From NCBI GenBank assembly GCA_029953675.1, contig JAMWBK010000005.1:1860001-1924000 (forward strand): DNA of 64,000 nt, given 5' to 3'. The notes under the pieces are model-generated. The model had not been told where the DNA came from and did no database searches. It saw nothing but the letters and a program-made list of their open reading frames with translations. Within the stretch, counting starts at the first letter, position 1, and every line of letters starts with the position of its first letter. This document shows, in pieces, positions 61,069 to 64,000 of the stretch. A program made the position numbers and the translations under genes. The DNA comes from Rhodosorus marinus CCMP1338 (Eukaryota > Plantae > Rhodophyta).

Positions 61069-62885
61069 TCGATTAATTTAGGTTCCCTGCTGCTAGACCT
61101 CCCGGCGGAAACGAGAAGCAAAATACCGAACAATATTCAAGCCGACAACATCTCGTCGACTCTAATACTATCTCTCTTTCTCTCGGCCTCTCTCTCTGTG
61201 CATCTGTCAATCTCCCTCGAGGTGTCTCTCGATCTGCGTTAACGAAATAGCAGTAACAAAGGTTTCAAATTGAAGCTTGCTCATGGACTCGTATCTACTC
61301 CACTCTCCCCACAACCTCCACCTGCACCAGAACGTCAACGAATGTTTTCGAATCGTTGGAAGCGCAAAGGCACCAACGCGTTTTGGAGTGATTTCGTTCG
61401 GACAAGATGACGACCCATCGCTCCAGCGGATAGCATTCGTCTCGGATCTTGTTGAATAGAGCAAGCCGTTGTTGGTGTGGCTATCCCTCTGACAGTTCAG
61501 TGGACGCCCTGGTGGTGGTCATGATTGTACCACCAAAGGGGTCGGGTAGTATGGGCGTAACGTCTCCGATGGGAAGGGCGATTTAGTCTGTGCTGACAAG
61601 AAATTAATTCGTCCTTGAGGTCTCCTCCTCCAAGTATTCAATAGAGAGCTTTCGTGCATCTGGTTCTTTGAAGCTTTCCGATAAGCGCTCCCCACCCGGG
61701 CTGTGAAGTGGGCGAAAGCTAGGTTTGTCATCTTCTCGAGTCGGTCATACAGCCACTGTGATGACTAAGGTATCCTGCTATACGAACAACCCGCTCACTA
61801 GGAGAGGTCTATTATCATCTGGATTTGTTTGGCTTTAGAGTCTATCCATACTCCAGAGCCGAGGCCGCTTTGGCTTGTGTTTTGTGTGTTCCACATTCCC
61901 TAGAACAGGACTCTGGCTGAAATCTCACACGTTTCAGCCCGTTCTTATCGGAAAGGGCTAGTTTAAGTAAACCACTGCCTCCTCCTACTCGATGCTTTGA
62001 GCCAGCTCAGCGTAGCGTCCCAGCTGGTCACTCGGGGCAGGTTCTCTGAGATACGCTCTGTCTGTGCGCTTACTCCGTCAGAGAAGGAATCATGAGCGAA
62101 GTGGACTTCTAAAAAAAACACCAGAAACGCGTCTCAACAACCCAACCCCGGGTTGGATTTTCTCGTCTTTGATGAAACCCCCTTCCAGATCCGACGTTTC
62201 TCTGCCGAAAGACATAATTCTAAGATAGCGACAAGATGGCAAGAGAAGACATCCACCTAGCTGATAAATGTTTTCGTTTTAACCTATGGACTTGACATAC
62301 CCATGATAGGACCGATCCCTTACGAAAGTCATCTGGTCGGTACTCTCTGAGCCGGATAGGCCGGAATGTCAAGATGCTCCCTCCTGGGATGAAAAACGAA
62401 AAAGCACTGATCCGCTTGGATCGGATTTGCACTGGCGTATAGTGTAAGAGGCCTCCGAATTTGCGGGAGAAGTGCATCCTCTGTCGTTGGTTCGACGGTA
62501 GTGTGAGAATCGACCTTTCCATCGCTTCTCAAGAGTTGGCCTCGAAGGGAACGCAGTGAGTCTTTCCGTGACCGTAAAGAATGGCCCATGGAAATCTATG
62601 AACCAAGAGCTGGTCATGGATGTTGCAGTCGTGATTTACGGACCCTTTTTTTGCGTGAACGGCTGAACGCTCAGGACCTGACCCCGGCTAGTTCAAGGCG
62701 CTCCGCTGATAGTTTGGTCCGATGTGGGAGTGCCACAAGGCCTCAGCGGGTATCTGTGTCTATGTAAAAAAGAACAGTATTATTTATTATGCAAGATCTG
62801 AGTTATAATTAGAATCCACGACAGCCGTGAAGATGATACAAACAAAAGTTCGAGACCTAGATAAATTCGTTGCGCCAGGTCTATC

Positions 62886-63437
62886 CTAGCCACTAGAGAT
62901 ATACGTCTGCACGAGAAACGCCGGACCGAGCTTTTTGTGGTCTGTCACGTATCGCACTCTGTCTATTTGGCAGTAGGCGAAGAGGCTATTCTGCGGAACA
63001 GATACTAGCTCCAAGAGGCTATCGATCATTTCGTTCACTCGGGTGCCAACAACATGCGGCTCTTCGTTCATAAAGACGAGTTGAGGTTTGGAAATAATCA
63101 TGGGCAGCAAATCTAATTCCGCAACCACCAACGTAAACGAGCTCAAACTGCGCAATATTTTCATCTTGGCTTTCAAGGTTGCGACCAGATCATCTACTGT
63201 TTTGGAGGACGCCACAATGTCCGTCATCCTCCACAATTTGAACTGCTTCATTCCACCATGTTGTCTGTCCTCACTCCTCAACGTCAAAAACAGCTCATCT
63301 ACAGACTCCTCTCCAGCAGCCAACACATTGCTCCCTGATATCGCCTTTTGCGCCCAAGCCGCTGTCCTCCTCGAGCCAGTGCCATCGCTTTCTGCATCGG
63401 ATCGTTTTCGGGTAAAAGATGACATTATCGTGCTCAT
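62886..63437 (-). CDS. Orphan protein, about 183 aa
   Basis: ORF from ATG 63437 (MSTIMSSFTRKR...) with globular alpha/beta-like composition, preceded by a strongly G/T-rich leader. Family not recognised. Confidence 0.65.
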   Translation of the reverse strand: MSTIMSSFTRKRSDAESDGTGSRRTAAWAQKAISGSNVLAAGEESVDELFLTLRSEDRQHGGMKQFKLWRMTDIVASSKTVDDLVATLKAKMKILRSLSSFTLVVAELDLLPMIISKPQLVFMNEEPHVVGTRVNEMIDSLLELVSVPQNSLFAYCQIDRVRYVTDHKKLGPAFLVQTYISSG

Positions 63438-64000
63438 GTTTTTTTTAAAACAAACCCTCCCGTCAACCCCAAGACTAAACACTGAACACTCAACGCATGC
63501 CCCTCCGTTGCCCAAACCACAATCCAGAACAACCCAAAACCCCTTCCTCCTCCTTCACAGACCGAACAACCCTTCAAACCCTCCTCCTCAGAAACCAAAA
63601 CCACATAATAATTTGTTCCTTCCTCCTAGTTGCACAAACTCATCCCCTGTCTACCCAACCCCTCCCCCCTTAACTGACTCCAAAGCATCCCCAACAAGTA
63701 CCCCAGTTCACCCCAACCCAACTCCCCCATCCCACGCCTGTTGAATCCATACCAATACATCCAACCAACCCCTCTGTAACCATTTCAATTCCCAACTTCT
63801 ATTTTTTCTAACATTGTCTCTCCCCCCCTTACTCCCAATTTAAAGAAAATCTTCCACCATCCATATTAGAATTCCATTTTTTTACAAACCGCTCTAAATA
63901 TATCCCCTTTTAAAATAATAATAATACTACATATTACAAACTTTGTTTTCAAGCCTTCTTTTACCCCTCACCTTCACCCTCCACCCGATACCCCTTCAAC

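Noticed and set aside
63450-64000. C/A-rich tract with CAACCC-like words suggesting telomeric repeats
   Set aside because: Not a regular tandem repeat; it matches the G/T-rich leader pattern seen upstream of other minus-strand genes.
1-64000. Many antisense and alternative-frame ORFs in the track (e.g. 26775-27446 +, 27492-28181 +, 55125-55565 +, 63088-63744 +)
   Set aside because: They are shadows of real genes on the opposite strand or low-complexity leaders; no independent coding evidence.

Overview
Eukaryotic nuclear DNA from a compact genome with short (about 50-200 nt) GT-AG introns. A red alga is the most likely source; this is an inference from the cytosolic starch phosphorylase, a plastid-type transit peptide on a cyanobacterial-type DHH protein, and the intron size and density. 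I reconstructed spliced models by hand for about 20 genes. Named genes are mitoribosomal mS33, an SDP1/TGL4 patatin lipase, a DeSI/PPPDE peptidase, a Rab1-like GTPase, Rad21, alpha-glucan phosphorylase, CNOT11, ERH, cullin-4, KDO8P synthase and metaxin. The rest are a DHH-DHHA1-CBS protein, a thioredoxin-SHP-UBA-UBX fusion, a fatty-acid-hydroxylase/sterol-desaturase-family enzyme, a PPR-like protein and several orphans, including a 74-aa membrane microprotein absent from the ORF track. Gene-poor stretches (about 29-33 kb and 43-47.7 kb) hold a frameshifted Ty1/copia RT relic and isolated hairpins. No tRNA, rRNA or CRISPR array was found. The best leads are: (1) a catalytic WCGPC thioredoxin fused to a full p97/Cdc48 adaptor module; (2) a probably plastid-targeted stand-alone DHH-CBS module resembling the N-terminus of bacterial A-adding enzymes; (3) an ORF-free segment with RNase P/MRP-like P4 signatures in a very compact arrangement; (4) an ORF-free hairpin and T-run cluster at 21.3-21.9 kb; (5) a recurrent intergenic TATAYCCCC motif. 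All family assignments come from motif recognition, not database searches.
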